A stretch of DNA of 64,000 nucleotides from Chrysomallon squamiferum. Lineage: Eukaryota; Animalia; Mollusca. The translations under genes and the position numbers were made by a program. The notes below the pieces were generated by a model, which searched no databases, was not told where the DNA came from, and saw only the letters and a list, made by a program, of their open reading frames with translations. Location: positions 1 to 64,000 of the forward strand of contig CM022675.1 in NCBI GenBank assembly GCA_012295275.1, read 5' to 3'. Shown here piece by piece: positions 18,636 through 41,162 of this stretch; positions within the stretch are counted from its first letter, which is position 1; every line of letters starts with the position of its first letter.

Positions 18636-20745
18636 GATTCTCAAAACCAAGTTGGCATAAACTGGTGTAGCTTTATAATACACAAATGCACACACAAAAA
18701 TGAACAAGCATATCTACTATAAAATAAAAATGAATATTGCAAGAGTACCTTCACAAGAATATTTGTCACTGGCCAACTGAAATCCATCATAACAGGAACA
18801 CCTAAAACTCCCCACAGTGTCTGTACATTTCTGAGAGCAGATGTTTTGTTCACATTCATTTATGTCTGAAATATCAGTTTTAAGTTAAACAATGCTTTAT
18901 ATTAATATGTGTACAACAAACACATGTATTGACATATTGTAGTTAATCTTTTTTCTTATCACACATTACACATACACAGACACAGTTTATAGCTAGATGT
19001 TTTGTTCACCTTCATTTATATCTGAAATATCAAATTTAAATTATACAATGTTTTCTATTAATATGTCTACAACATACATATGTATTAACATACAGTAGTT
19101 AATCTTATTAAATTATTACACACACATATATATGAAAACATATAATTTATGAAAACACATTTAATGAAACACAAATTAATCTCTTACACACACACACACA
19201 CAAACACACACAATTATATGCCTAAGCACAAAATAGTTGAAAACAAACACAAGCTTTTAGAAACAAATACAATAGAATACACTCACACAAATATTTTACT
19301 AATTTATATCATAAACTAAACACATACCCACATACAACCCAGCCCACTCACATGCACAAGGACACACACACACAGATACACATTGTCACTTACTTTCACA
19401 GTTAACTCCATCAGATTTGAGTTTATAACCACTATGACATGTACAAACGAAATTTGTTGATGTTTCATTATCACAGCCGTAAGAACAATTTTTTCCTGTC
19501 TTAAACAAACAGTCAGAAATGGCTGGAATGATAAACATTTACAATTTGGAAATATTTAATCATATATAAAAAGGGAAAAAAAAAAAGAAAAGATAAGACT
19601 AGAAATTTTAAAGATACATTTCTGATGTCAAAGATACTTTTCTCAAATGCATCACCTCTCTCACTCTATTTCAGTAATCGATATTTTGAACAAAATGTCA
19701 ATTTGTTCAATATTTTGAGTGTGTCTTTCATCTTATTACAAATATGTAAGTACATATTCCATAAACATAGAACATGTTTGTGTTCTGAGAAAGGCTTATT
19801 ATAGACAAACAATCTTTGCTAGTAAAGAAGCAGGTCAATAAACTGACATGACAAACGTTTGTAATAATTTACCAGTCTTGTTCACCTACCATAGCTGAGA
19901 TTTTATCAATCAAAAAATATCTGTTTTTGTGATTTATTTTCTGTTTTTAGTTAAAGATATAATTCGTAACACATTGTCGTGAATAAAAATAATTTCTCTT
20001 TGAGATAATGTTCCTGTTTTGTATAAGATAAAACTTACTCTGATTGCAGGTTTTGTTATCAGAATTCAGCTGAAAGCCATAATTACACGAACAAGTGTAG
20101 GAACCATCAGTGTTAGTACACTTCTGTTCACACTCGTGTGTACCTCTCTCACACTCGTCAATATCTGAAATACAAAATAAATAAATAAATAAATAATAAT
20201 AATAAAACCACATGTATGTTTGTATCTTCTTGATATACATCTTTTTGCAAAAATATGTTGTGAATTTGAATTCATGTGTTTTATATGTGGGTATATGTAC
20301 ACAGTGACACACGTATACACACATACACATATACAGACATGCATTCATACATATGTATATATATATATTCACATACACAAACACACATATGCGCACATAC
20401 ACTCAAAGTCTGACATGCTAGTTTTGGGTGTTTATTTATTTAATTATTTATTATATTTTATTTCATTTTTTTATTTTTTTTTTATTTGATTGGCCAAAGA
20501 TGTTTTTCTATCATTTATTGTTTTTGTTATTGTTAGTAAGTCAAAAAACATAGAACTAGAACTAATTTATAAAAACAAAAATCTGTTATAAATTTCTGAA
20601 ACTTACCTTCACATCTGTGTCCATACTTCCTGTATCCAGAACGACATGAACATGAATAACTTCCAGCAGAATTCTCACAGATCTGAGCGCAGCTGTTAGT
20701 TGTGTTACATTCATCAATATCTGTCATAACAAGGTTATATTTAAT

Positions 20746-20790
<45 letters not shown>

Positions 20791-22471
20791 TAACAACAGC
20801 TGTCGTAACAGTGTTATAATAACGTGTATAAAAATGTCTCTCATAACAGCATTATACTTATTAACAGTTTTGTTTGGTTATCTCACATTAAAATGTTGTT
20901 ATTAATAACAATAAACAAATATTTATGTTGCCTGATACCTGAACATTTTCCATTCTTCTCTGTAACTATTACATAATTAAATATTTATGTAGACTAGATA
21001 TCTGAACATTTTCCATTCTTCTAACTGTTACATAATTAAATATTTATGTAGACTAGATACCTGAACATTTTCCATTCCTTTCTTCATATCCTGTAGGACA
21101 CTGAGAACAGTTGTATCCTCTGTTCATTCTATCTTCCTCTTCTGGTGTAAGATCTGTACAGTTCTGTCCAGTAATACACGGTTTCTCTTCACATGCATTG
21201 TAATCTACAGAACAGTTGTCTCCTGAAAATACAAGTTTTACTTGTAATCACAAACGTTGTAATCTACAGATCAGATGTCTCCTGCAAATACAAGTTTTAC
21301 TTGTAATTACAAACATTGTAATCTATAGAACTGTTGTCTCCTGCAAATACAAGTTTTACTTGTAATTACAAACATTGTAATCTACAGATCAGATGTCTCC
21401 TGAAAATACAAGTTTTACTTGTAATTACAAACATTGTAATCTAGAGATCAGATGTCTCCTGAAAATACAAGTTTTACTTGCAATTACAAACAGTTGTCTG
21501 CTGCAAATACAAGTTTTACTTGTAATTACAAACATTGTAATCTACAGAACTGTTGTCTCCTGCAAATACAAGTTTTACTTGTAATTACAAACATTGTAAT
21601 CTACAGAACTGTTGTCTCCTGAAAATACAAGTTTTACTTGTAATTATAAACATTGTAATCTATAGAACTGTTATGCTGAAAATACAAGTTTTATTTATAA
21701 TTACAAAGTTTACAATCTGCAAAACAAACAATAAAAAAATAAGTAAGGTCCTGATGCAAAGAAATATGTGTCTATCGTGAAATTAACTGTCAACTGAAGT
21801 GTACCTCTAATGATATTAACAAATAATCTAAATATATTCTGCATGTTTTCATTTTTTGTTTTACCCATCCAGTATTAACAATGAAGCCTAAAATCAAAAG
21901 AAAACTTATTATGATGTTACTGTCAACATAATGGATAGATTTGCTTTAAGTTTATTCTAGTGTTCTCAGAATTTGCAATGATGTAAAGACTTCTGTTATG
22001 AATGGGCAAAATGTGGCATGCAGATGTTATGTACCATATTTTTTTAAGCACAATGGTAGGATGCTGAAAATGATAACTCAGAAGTAAGAACAATTTCATT
22101 AGATGATTTATTCATACTGCCACAGATTGGCCGATTATAAGGAAGATATAAATTAAAGGGTTTCCTTAGGAAAACAATTCTAATTAAACTGATAATGCAA
22201 GAAGAGTTATTATATAAATTATAAAAGACGCAGGACAAAATATCCTTCATTTAAAATATCTTAACTCCTCATTTAATCATTTCACCAACCTGTCCAGCCT
22301 GTGAAACATTCACACGACACTACATGGAAAGCATCGTCATAGTCGGTTTTATCGTCAGTTGTACGTGTTTCGTTAAAAACACATTTTCCATGACCATTGC
22401 AACCATCACAAATACGAGTTACCACCTGGTAGACTGCGGAATATGCTCCTTTAGAATCCTTCACAACAAAC
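15356..22471 (-). CDS. Multi-EGF/calcium-binding EGF protein (mucin-like/fibrillin-like), 11 internal exons; 5' and 3' ends not found
   Basis: Exons 22471-22290, 21222-21061, 20720-20607, 20164-20039, 19522-19394, 18865-18749, 17669-17412, 16733-16623, 16498-16373, 16129-15998 and 15490-15356, joined by phase-1 GT-AG introns. Repeated DIDEC/DINEC/DVDEC...C.N..GSY.C.C..G(F/Y) motifs. The '[10 protein letters not shown]...[13 protein letters not shown]...PC...C.DL' segment resembles the post-VWD region of invertebrate mucin-like proteins. Confidence 0.88.
20931..21080. repeat. ~60-bp tandem repeat (3 copies) containing an exon end and splice donor
   Basis: GATA(C/T)CTGAACATTTTCCATTC occurs at ~20935, ~20997 and ~21056. 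Confidence 0.85.
21198..21720. repeat. 59-bp tandem repeat (~9 copies) containing a splice acceptor and exon start
   Basis: Unit TTGTAATCTACAGAAC(A/T)GTTGTCTCCTG(A/C)AAATACAAGTTTTACTTGTAATTACAAACA. Confidence 0.92.
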
Positions 22472-23219
22472 CTGCCAAAAAATAAAATAAATAAACACAT
22501 AATAATAACAAAAAAATACTTTTCATCAAACATGAAATGACAATACAACCAGTTGAGGAATCCTGTCAGTAACATTTTTAAAATTATCACCTAAGCAGAT
22601 CATTTCTAAAATACTGATATTAATAAAATATAAAATGGAAAAACATATAACAAATTCAGATAATAATAATAACGTTGAAGATGATGATGATGATAATAGT
22701 ATTAATAATAATAATATGAAGAAGAAAACATGCTAAGATGTCAATTAAACTGACAATGAAACTAATTTCTCAAAGACAGAGCAGTCACTGTGTCTTTTAA
22801 GGATGTCATATCACAAGGCACAATGGCAAACATAACTTCCTTATGTCAAAATGTGTACCTCGTCTATTGGAAAAACCTGACTCTTAATTTAACATACTCT
22901 TTTTCTTGTTCTATCTGTTCAGAGAAAGAGATCATAGAGACATCTGTATTGTCTCACAGACAGAAAAAAGGACACATTACTGAGGTCCTTGACACGTTTT
23001 ATAACAAAAGAGCATCTCAGAGATGATTAACGGATGAAAGACATACCCAAAGATGAAACACAATGCTACAAAGAGTAACATATTTTGATATTGTTTTCCA
23101 GTGAATAGCATGAAATATTTAAATCGCATTTTCTCACAGACAGCACGAATATAAACAGTGAAAAACCAGTCAGAGCTGCTGCATGAATAATAACCTTATG
23201 GAAACAGCACTCATATGAA

Positions 23220-23416
23220 TAATACTGTTATAATTACTACACTGTTATGTCAGATACCAAAGTAAAACTGTTATTATTTGTAAAATTGTAATATCAGATA
23301 TCAGTATAGAACTGTTATTATTTGTAAAATTGTAATATCAGATATCAGTATAGAACTGTTATTAATTACATTTTTGTAATGTCAGAAATCAAAATAAAAT
23401 TGTTATAAAAACACAA

Positions 23417-23477
<61 letters not shown>

Positions 23478-23755
23478 CAGCATTATATTTAACATAACAA
23501 TGTCAGATATCAAAATAAAACTGTTACAATTACTACATTATAATGTCAGATATCAGTATAAAAGTGTTATAATTACTGCACTGCAATGTCAGATACCAAT
23601 ATAAAACTGCTATTAATTATAACATTACAATGTCAAATATGAAAATAAAACTCTTATAATTACTACACTGTAATGATAGATATCAAAATAAAACTGTTCT
23701 TAATAATAACATTGTAATCTCAGATATAAATATATATATTATTAATTATAACATT
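23220..23755. repeat. Diverged ~41-bp tandem repeat interrupted by (CA)n
   Basis: AAAACTGTTATAATTACTACA(C/T)TGTAATGTCAGATATC recurs about a dozen times. Confidence 0.75.
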
Positions 23756-23781
23756 AGTTGTGTGTTTGTGTATGTGTGTGT

Positions 23782-23815
<34 letters not shown>

Positions 23816-24255
23816 CAGTAGGTTGTGCATTCCTAAGAAAGCAAATAACTAGTAGAAGCAATACTAGCCAAAGATAGCAAAATTAGTGTTATTCAAGAAA
23901 AGTGGCAAAGAGCAAATTAGTGTAATATATATGGATAGATGATAGATAGATATAGATATATAGATATTTCAAGATAAATTCAGTATCAAAGGTTAATCTT
24001 ATTTTTGCTTTAGTAATTTCAAATTGTTAATGAACATTCATGTTTTTAATAAATAACTTTAGATATTCAAAAAATAACAAATACATAAATAAATGAATAC
24101 AAAAATATATAAATAGACAAATAAATAAACAAATAAGAAAAGAAAGTAAGTAATTTAATAAGTAAAAAAGAATATAAGAAAAAGAAAATGCTGTATGTAC
24201 ATATGTGTGTGTGTGTGTGTTGTTAACCAGACGTTTTATTCTAGACAGGACAGCA

Positions 24256-24455
24256 NNNNNNNNNNNNNNNNNNNNNNNNNNNNNNNNNNNNNNNNNNNNN
24301 NNNNNNNNNNNNNNNNNNNNNNNNNNNNNNNNNNNNNNNNNNNNNNNNNNNNNNNNNNNNNNNNNNNNNNNNNNNNNNNNNNNNNNNNNNNNNNNNNNNN
24401 NNNNNNNNNNNNNNNNNNNNNNNNNNNNNNNNNNNNNNNNNNNNNNNNNNNNNNN
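24256..24455. other. Assembly gap (200 N)
   Basis: Run of exactly 200 N. Confidence 1.
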
Positions 24456-26290
24456 GATAGACACCTACAGATCACCTTACATACAGATACAGATTTATAC
24501 AAATTTACATACAGAGATTGATGCAAAGATTGATGCATATCGAAATACAACAGTAAATATACAGATTAATAAGTACATACCTAGAGATAACGATAAACAA
24601 ATACAATTGATTAATACCTACATAAATGTAAGGATCACACAGACATAGTTTCATAAAAACCTACATATGTCGATATATGCAAACATATTTTAATAGATAG
24701 ATGCTCATATACTACAGACAATAACAAATACACAACTAGACTGATAGATAATTACATACAAGGAAAGAATTAAACATCGAAATAAATTCATATATATATA
24801 CTTACAGATAACGATAGACACAAATATATATTGATAAACACACAGCTACATATATAGCAATAGATACAGATGCTTATCGATTCACACATAAAGATAAATA
24901 TACATACAGAGAGATTAACACACAGCTACAGATAAAGACAGACACAGACATATATTAGTAGACACATACAGATAAAGATAGACACATATATTGATTAATA
25001 TAAAATATATATACAGATATGGGTTGAGAGATACTACAGATAAAACTAGATACAAACATACGTTGATACACACGGGAACATAACGATATGCATATATAGA
25101 GAATAATGCAAACCTACAGATAAAAATAAGCACACATATTGGTTTATACATAACTACATATAGCTAGATACACATATAAATTGATCCTAACCTATAGATA
25201 AGGATAGATACAGATATAGATTAATACACATCTATAGATAAAGGTAAATACAGATATAGAATAAAATACACCTATAGATAGTGATAAATACCGATGTAGA
25301 TTAATAGACACCTACAGAAAAGGACAGATACAGATATTGATTAATATACACCTTTAGATGAGGACAGTTAGAGATATACATTTCGATACACACTTACACT
25401 TAATGGTTGTCAAGATTAATACACACCTACAGATAAGTAAGACATTTATATACATTGAAATGTACCTGCATTTAACGATAGATTAATACAAACCTACAAA
25501 TTACGCTTGATACACTCTGTATATTAGTAGCCACAAATAACGAAGACACATTCATACACTGATACATACCTGCAGATAACGATAAATACAGATATATATG
25601 AATACCCACCTATATATAACGACAAAGAGAGATATAGATTCATAAATACAACTACAAATACCGATATGTACAGATATAGACTAATACACATTTACAGATA
25701 AAGATATACACATATACATTGATATTCACCTACAGATAAAGAGAGATTCAGATATATATATAGATTAATAGATACCTAAAGATAACGATAAATACAGATA
25801 TTTAACAGATAACCTGAAAATAATAATAGATACAGAAAGAGATTAATACACACACCTACAAATAACAATAGATAGAGATATAGATTAATGGAAACCTATA
25901 GATAAGTAGATATACAGATTTATATTAATACACACCAATATACAAAGATGGATTATAGATACAGATTGATATACACCTACAGGAAACCACAAATACAGAG
26001 AGAGATTAATACACACCTATGGACAAAGAAGACACATGTAGATTCAGATAAAGACAGACACAGATTGATACACTCCTACAGATAAAGAGAGAGTCAGAGA
26101 GAGACTGATACAAACGTACAGATAGTGATACAGACATATAGTACATATAGCAATTCACAGCTACAGATAACGGAGAAACGTATATAGATTGAGACCCAGC
26201 TTCAGATAACAAGAGAGACAGATATAGGCTGATACACACCTACAGATATAAAACGGCACCGATATGGACTGATACGTACCTATGGAAAAT
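24456..26290. repeat. Highly diverged ~40-bp satellite
   Basis: Recurrent GATTAATACACACCTACAGATAA(C/A)GATAGATACAGATATA over ~1.8 kb next to the gap. Confidence 0.8.
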
Positions 26291-26554
26291 GTTTAATTAA
26301 TCGAGTTTTAATTCTGGAAAGACAACTGAAACACAAACATCGAATTGAACATAAACACATACAACGATTTATCCACACAATTAATAATAGCTGCCTACAA
26401 CTAACAAAGGATACTCAATGACATCCACACATACTTACATACATCGATACATACTTACATACATCGACAGATGAATAGAGATATCGTGAATATAGAAATG
26501 AATTATACGAGTGTACTAATAACAATATATATACAAAGGATTAATACGGACATA

Positions 26555-26659
<105 letters not shown>

Positions 26660-27248
26660 AACGCACACACACATCACTTAGTCTAATAACAATAGTAACA
26701 ACAGAAATTGTAAAATAAGTTATTTTTTCTTATTTGCTATGTGTCGTATACTATTTGAATTCAAAGTAAATTTTAGATGATTCCTCACCATTGTTTTAAT
26801 AGATTGTACCTAAAATGCAGCGACACGGAGTCACCTGGTGAGTGATGACACCCCCACCTCGTAGTGGCTAATACGGTAATTTGTACTTGAAAATGGATTA
26901 CCGGGGGACTGTTCACCATAGGTACAAAATATCAGTTTTAATTTTTATTCAATAAATTATATCTATGCAGACACACACACACGCACACATTATTTACAAA
27001 CAATACGTGTTCTAGCATTCACAAACAAGGACACACGCACATACATACACTCATACATGCATGTACACATACAAGTATGCACACACATATATTTTCTTTC
27101 TCTCTGTAACTGTTGTTTGCCTCTTTCCTATATTCCTCATTTGACTGTATACAAATTAGTGTTTTCTGTTTACGAATTTTAAGAATACGTTTCCGTGTGG
27201 AATAAATTATGAAAATTGAATTTGTCTGTTATAGGTTTTGAGCCAGAA

Positions 27249-27370
<122 letters not shown>

Positions 27371-27473
27371 GAGAGAGAGAGAGCGAGAGAGAGAGAGAGA
27401 ATGAGAGAGAGAGAGAGAGAATGAGAGAGAGAGAGAGAGATGTCCGTATTACATACCAACACATTGCCCTGCT

Positions 27474-27524
<51 letters not shown>

Positions 27525-27976
27525 GTTATGTCTAGTCATTTATTTTTACTTAATAAATTTGATGAATTATTGTGAAAAGCATTACATAAATAGATATACA
27601 CTTTTTTCTTTTTAATTAAAGAGAGAAAGCTCTATCATTCTTAAATTTTATTGTTTTCGTACAACTTAATATAATTTCTCAGTAACATATAAATAATAGG
27701 AATAATATATAAAAAAAAACCCAACAAATTAACATAATAATGTGTGAAGGTCTAACTTAGTATATAAATGAACAAAGTATAAGATCAACAGGTAAAATAG
27801 TAAAAATATAATTTTAGTATAAAATAAAACTGAAATATTTTTGAATCAACACCACAAATGATATTATTTTCTGAGGATAAGCAATGAAATAATTTCTTGC
27901 AGGAAAATGGCATAGAGAGGATATACATTTACAAATATTAAATTTGAAATAAGCTGCATCAAATATTTTATTGATT

Positions 27977-36909
<8,933 letters not shown>

Positions 36910-36984
36910 GGCGGATCCTTCGAGAGGTTTAAACTTCTATGTATAAATAACCTGGACCAGACCAGGAAGAAGATGATAGAGGAT

Positions 36985-37115
36985 CGTAACAGGTTTTTCC
37001 TTCCCTTGTTGACTTAGTTACAGAACAGTGTAGTGTATTTGTGTGATAAAAATAAAACTTGTTTTAGATAAACTCGCGCATGACAAAGCCTACGGCAAAA
37101 TAGATTAAAAAACGC
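36985..37115 (-). promoter_or_regulatory. Conserved upstream block of receptor paralog 1
   Basis: TTTTGCCGTAGGCTTTGTCATGCGCGAGTTTAT...CAAGGGAAGGAAAAACCTGT lies 80-200 bp upstream of the ATG; near-identical copies precede paralogs 3 and 4. Confidence 0.55.
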
Positions 37116-37157
37116 AATAGAGAACAGAATAAATTATAGTGTATGTGTGTGCATTCG

Positions 37158-37207
<50 letters not shown>

Positions 37208-37539
37208 AAAGACAGAGATAAAGACAGAAAGAACGAGATTGTATACACAAACACATTTACACTTCTCTCTCTCTCTCTCTTCTCTCTCTCTCTGTGAGAC
37301 ACGAGAAACAGAGAGACAGACACAATCACATTAACAAGAAACAGAGAGACAGACACAATCACATTTCTCCTAGTCTCTCTCTGTCTGTTAGTCTGTGTGT
37401 GTGTAAGAGAGAGATAAATAAAACACGCAGAGACTGATATATGTATATTTGAGCGGGTGTGTGTGTGTGTGTTTGGTTTTGGTTATGTTTACTCATTTGC
37501 ATAGTGATACATTTAATGAATAGAGGTATTTCACATTTC

Positions 37540-38520
37540 ATTGCGCATGTGTCCGTTCTGGGTAATTCGAGGTCGCAGATCGCGAGATCTCGCGAGGTAT
37601 CGCTAAAACAGTCCTACTTAGAAATCGGTGGACAAAAGCAATCATGCTGTAATGGGAGGCCATGACCATTGTTCAGTTATTAACTGTTCCAGTCGCAGAA
37701 GAACGGGAAATGCATATCGCAAACGTTTGTGAGTAATCACTTCACACAAAAATGAAAAATATTTTAATGTTACTGCAAACACGAAGGTTTGTTGGGCACA
37801 GTTTTTTAGGCGAGAAGCCAGTGGCACATATTTTTAAGGAGGGAAGCAAGTGAACAATAAGAAACGTGGACTATATACATTCCCTGAATATGGGAGGGGA
37901 AATTGTCACAACAAAAAAAACAGAAATCAAGTTAAATTAAAGACATGGTTCAGAAAACTACAGAGAACAATAGTTTCAATTATGTTCTTAATTATTCAGT
38001 CTACTGCAATTATTTTATGTGTTTGTTGCTTGGAGTTACAAATACTTAGCAGGGTTTGTACAAGTTTGTAGGTGTTTGTGTGAGTTTATGAGTAAAGGTA
38101 CAATCTTCAATATAACAATTATATGTTAGTCCAAAATAAATGGTTTATTTAAAGAGTTTTCTTAAGCATAGAGTTTGTATACTTGTGTGTGTTTGTGCTA
38201 ATTACACCTAACAATCATTGTAATTAGAAAAGTAACCTATAAGGAAATAAGTTGCTCACATTTCCTTCATAAACAAAAGATTTAATTAATCATGTTACTG
38301 TAGTTTTGTTTATTGAACACACTATGTGGCCATGTTGTCAGAGTTCAGTCAGAGATGTGTCTGCAACAAAGTAAATACTCTGGCTGTAAATGGCATCACT
38401 ACAAAGACTTGCTGAACAAACAAGTTCTTGTCAATGTTTGTAGTGCATCTTTGGGTGATGGGCACCTGCTACACCTTGGTCTGGACTTGAATTGTTTTGA
38501 GAGGTGCTTTTTCAAGTGTA
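37540..38520 (+). mobile_element. Possible THAP-domain transposon remnant
   Basis: 'MGGHDHCSVINCS' (from ~37651) and 'LYTFPE...LKTWFRKLQR' (ORF 37850) fit the THAP pattern C-x-V-x-x-C...FP...W. A CpG-rich palindrome precedes it. The match is weak. Confidence 0.3.
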
Positions 38521-39123
38521 CTGTCTGTCTGTGTGTGTGTGTGTTTGTTTGTGTGTGTTTGTCTGTATGTGTTTGTCTGTGTGTGTCTGTGTGTGTGTGT
38601 TTGTCTGTGTGTGTCTGTTTGTGTGTGTGTGTCTGTGTGTGTTTGTCTGTGTGTGTTTGTCTGTGTGTGTCTGTCTGTGTGTGTTTGTCTGTGTGTGTCT
38701 GTGTCTGTGTGTGTGTCTGTGTGTGTGTGTTTGTCTGTGTGTATTTGTCTGTGTGTGTTTGTCTGTGTGTATCTGTGTGTGTGTCTGTGTGTGTGTGTTT
38801 GTCTGTGTGTGTTTGTCTGTTTGTGTCTGTGTGTGTGTGTGTGTTTGTCTGTGTGTGTATATAGGTACACAAGCAAAGAGTTATTATGCCTGTGTATACT
38901 ACATACACACAATAACAAATTTATATATATATATGAATATGTACACACACATACATAATATACTGAGACGCAGAAATATGCCCTGATTTTGACATGGGTG
39001 TATTTACAATATTTATGCATGCTGGTGTTTCCAGTAAACAAATTATATATATCCATCCGAGAAATATTTATAACTTTTCAAACGTTTAAACGATCATATG
39101 GAATCTCTGCCTATACTACTACA

Positions 39124-39232
<109 letters not shown>

Positions 39233-40137
39233 TATAACAATTAAAACTAAATTAAAATAATTCAAATTAAAATGCTTGAAGGTATAATTCAGTATATAAA
39301 AGAACAAAATATATTAAAAGCTAAAATAGTTAAGGTGTGATTTCAGAATAAAAATGTTGAGACATTTAAATAAAACATTTTTGAACGAAATCTCAAATGA
39401 TATTATTTTTCTGAGAATAAACTGTGGAAACAATTTCTTACAGGAGAATGGCATGGACAGAATATGTTTTTACAAATATTAAATTTAAAATAAGGCTTTG
39501 ATGTGGAATAGGTAGAGTCAAGAGAAATAGATGATATCAATTATAAGTTTTGTTATTTCTAAAAATGTAGAAAATTATTTTATAAATGTTAAACTGTATT
39601 TTCTTGTACATCTTTGTCATCCAGAACGAAATATATATCGTCTCAGTGTTTGTTTTGAGTTACCTTCGTTAAATAACAAGTGCGCATAATAATAATAATA
39701 ATAAAAAAAACAACAACAACACTGACGTCATATGGTGAAGATTTTGTTTACGGAAGTTTTTTTCACCTAGGAAATAAAGCAATGCTTCCTGTTTGGATAT
39801 TTGCGGTAAGTTTAAACAATTAACATAACCATATAGCTAAAAGTTCTGTTTTTCATAAGGCGATTTTTAAACATACATAAACAACCTCGTATCTCCAAAG
39901 TTTCACAATGAATTTCACTTACAAACTGAACAAAACGTTGCCGTCTGCTGACAGTCAGAACACTGTCATACAATTAGGCAACGCCCACTTCAGTCTATTT
40001 TTATAGAACTCACTTACACGTTCTGAGTCAAAACCCATACCGCGTTAAAAAGATATGCACGTTACAGTATACACATTCTGACTAGAAACAAACAAAAACC
40101 TCGCAATGTGTATCTAGAATTTAATGTTTATATTTTG

Positions 40138-40208
<71 letters not shown>

Positions 40209-40282
40209 CGTTCAGTCTCTATGAATACCAATAAGAAAAACATCTTTATTTCTGCACAACGTGAGATTGTTGCTTATCTGCG

Positions 40283-40954
40283 TCAAAACTGATACCACGA
40301 GGATACATCTTCATCTTCCAGAACGAAATAAACATTTCCATCATTTTGAGAGAAATTCAGTTCTTCATCTACGTTCTCACAGTTGATGTCGTCTGCTTTT
40401 AATGAATACTGAGATGAATTTACGTCAGTGTGGTTATATAAACTGGAATCAGAGAAATTTGGAACAACGCCTTCAGTTGTGTCGTAGTCGTCGACGTTTT
40501 GTTTAAGGAAGATGGTAGTACACATTCGATGTAGTTGCTGTCGGTATTTTGCTGTCTATCGTTTCGTAAACTCCAACATCAGCATTATGTTTATGTTGAT
40601 GACGATTTTCTTGAATCGCTTCTGCTGTTTCGTAATCTGAATCATTACTAACATTCACGTTAATATTCTGTCTGCTGTCATTGGTTAGAGGGGAACAACT
40701 CTGTTTATCAGTTTGAAATAGAGTTACTGTTCCTTGTCGCATGCCGTCGTTTATTTCACTGTAATAGGGGTCATCTGCTCCTGCCAGTGTCATGTCAGAA
40801 TTTACGTAACTTGTTACAGTCTCTCTCCGAAAATCTACTTTTTGTTCTGAAGATTTTTCTTTTGCGAAACAGAAACGTTTTGTTCTGTAATATAATATAG
40901 AATGATAATTGATAATATTACATATTATTATTATTATTATTATTATTTATTTTC

Positions 40955-41000
<46 letters not shown>

Positions 41001-41123
41001 AATCTTTCATAACACTTCACATGCTCTAACACATTTCACTGGTATTCGTGTTTTCTACAATTTACGTCTTTTCACTGATAAATAACAGAAAAATTACATT
41101 ATATAAATAAATAAACACACAAA

Positions 41124-41162
<39 letters not shown>

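Noticed and set aside
21198-21720. CRISPR-like array or short ORFs 21393 and 21553
   Set aside because: Head-to-tail 59-bp minisatellite; the ORFs are by-products of the repeat.
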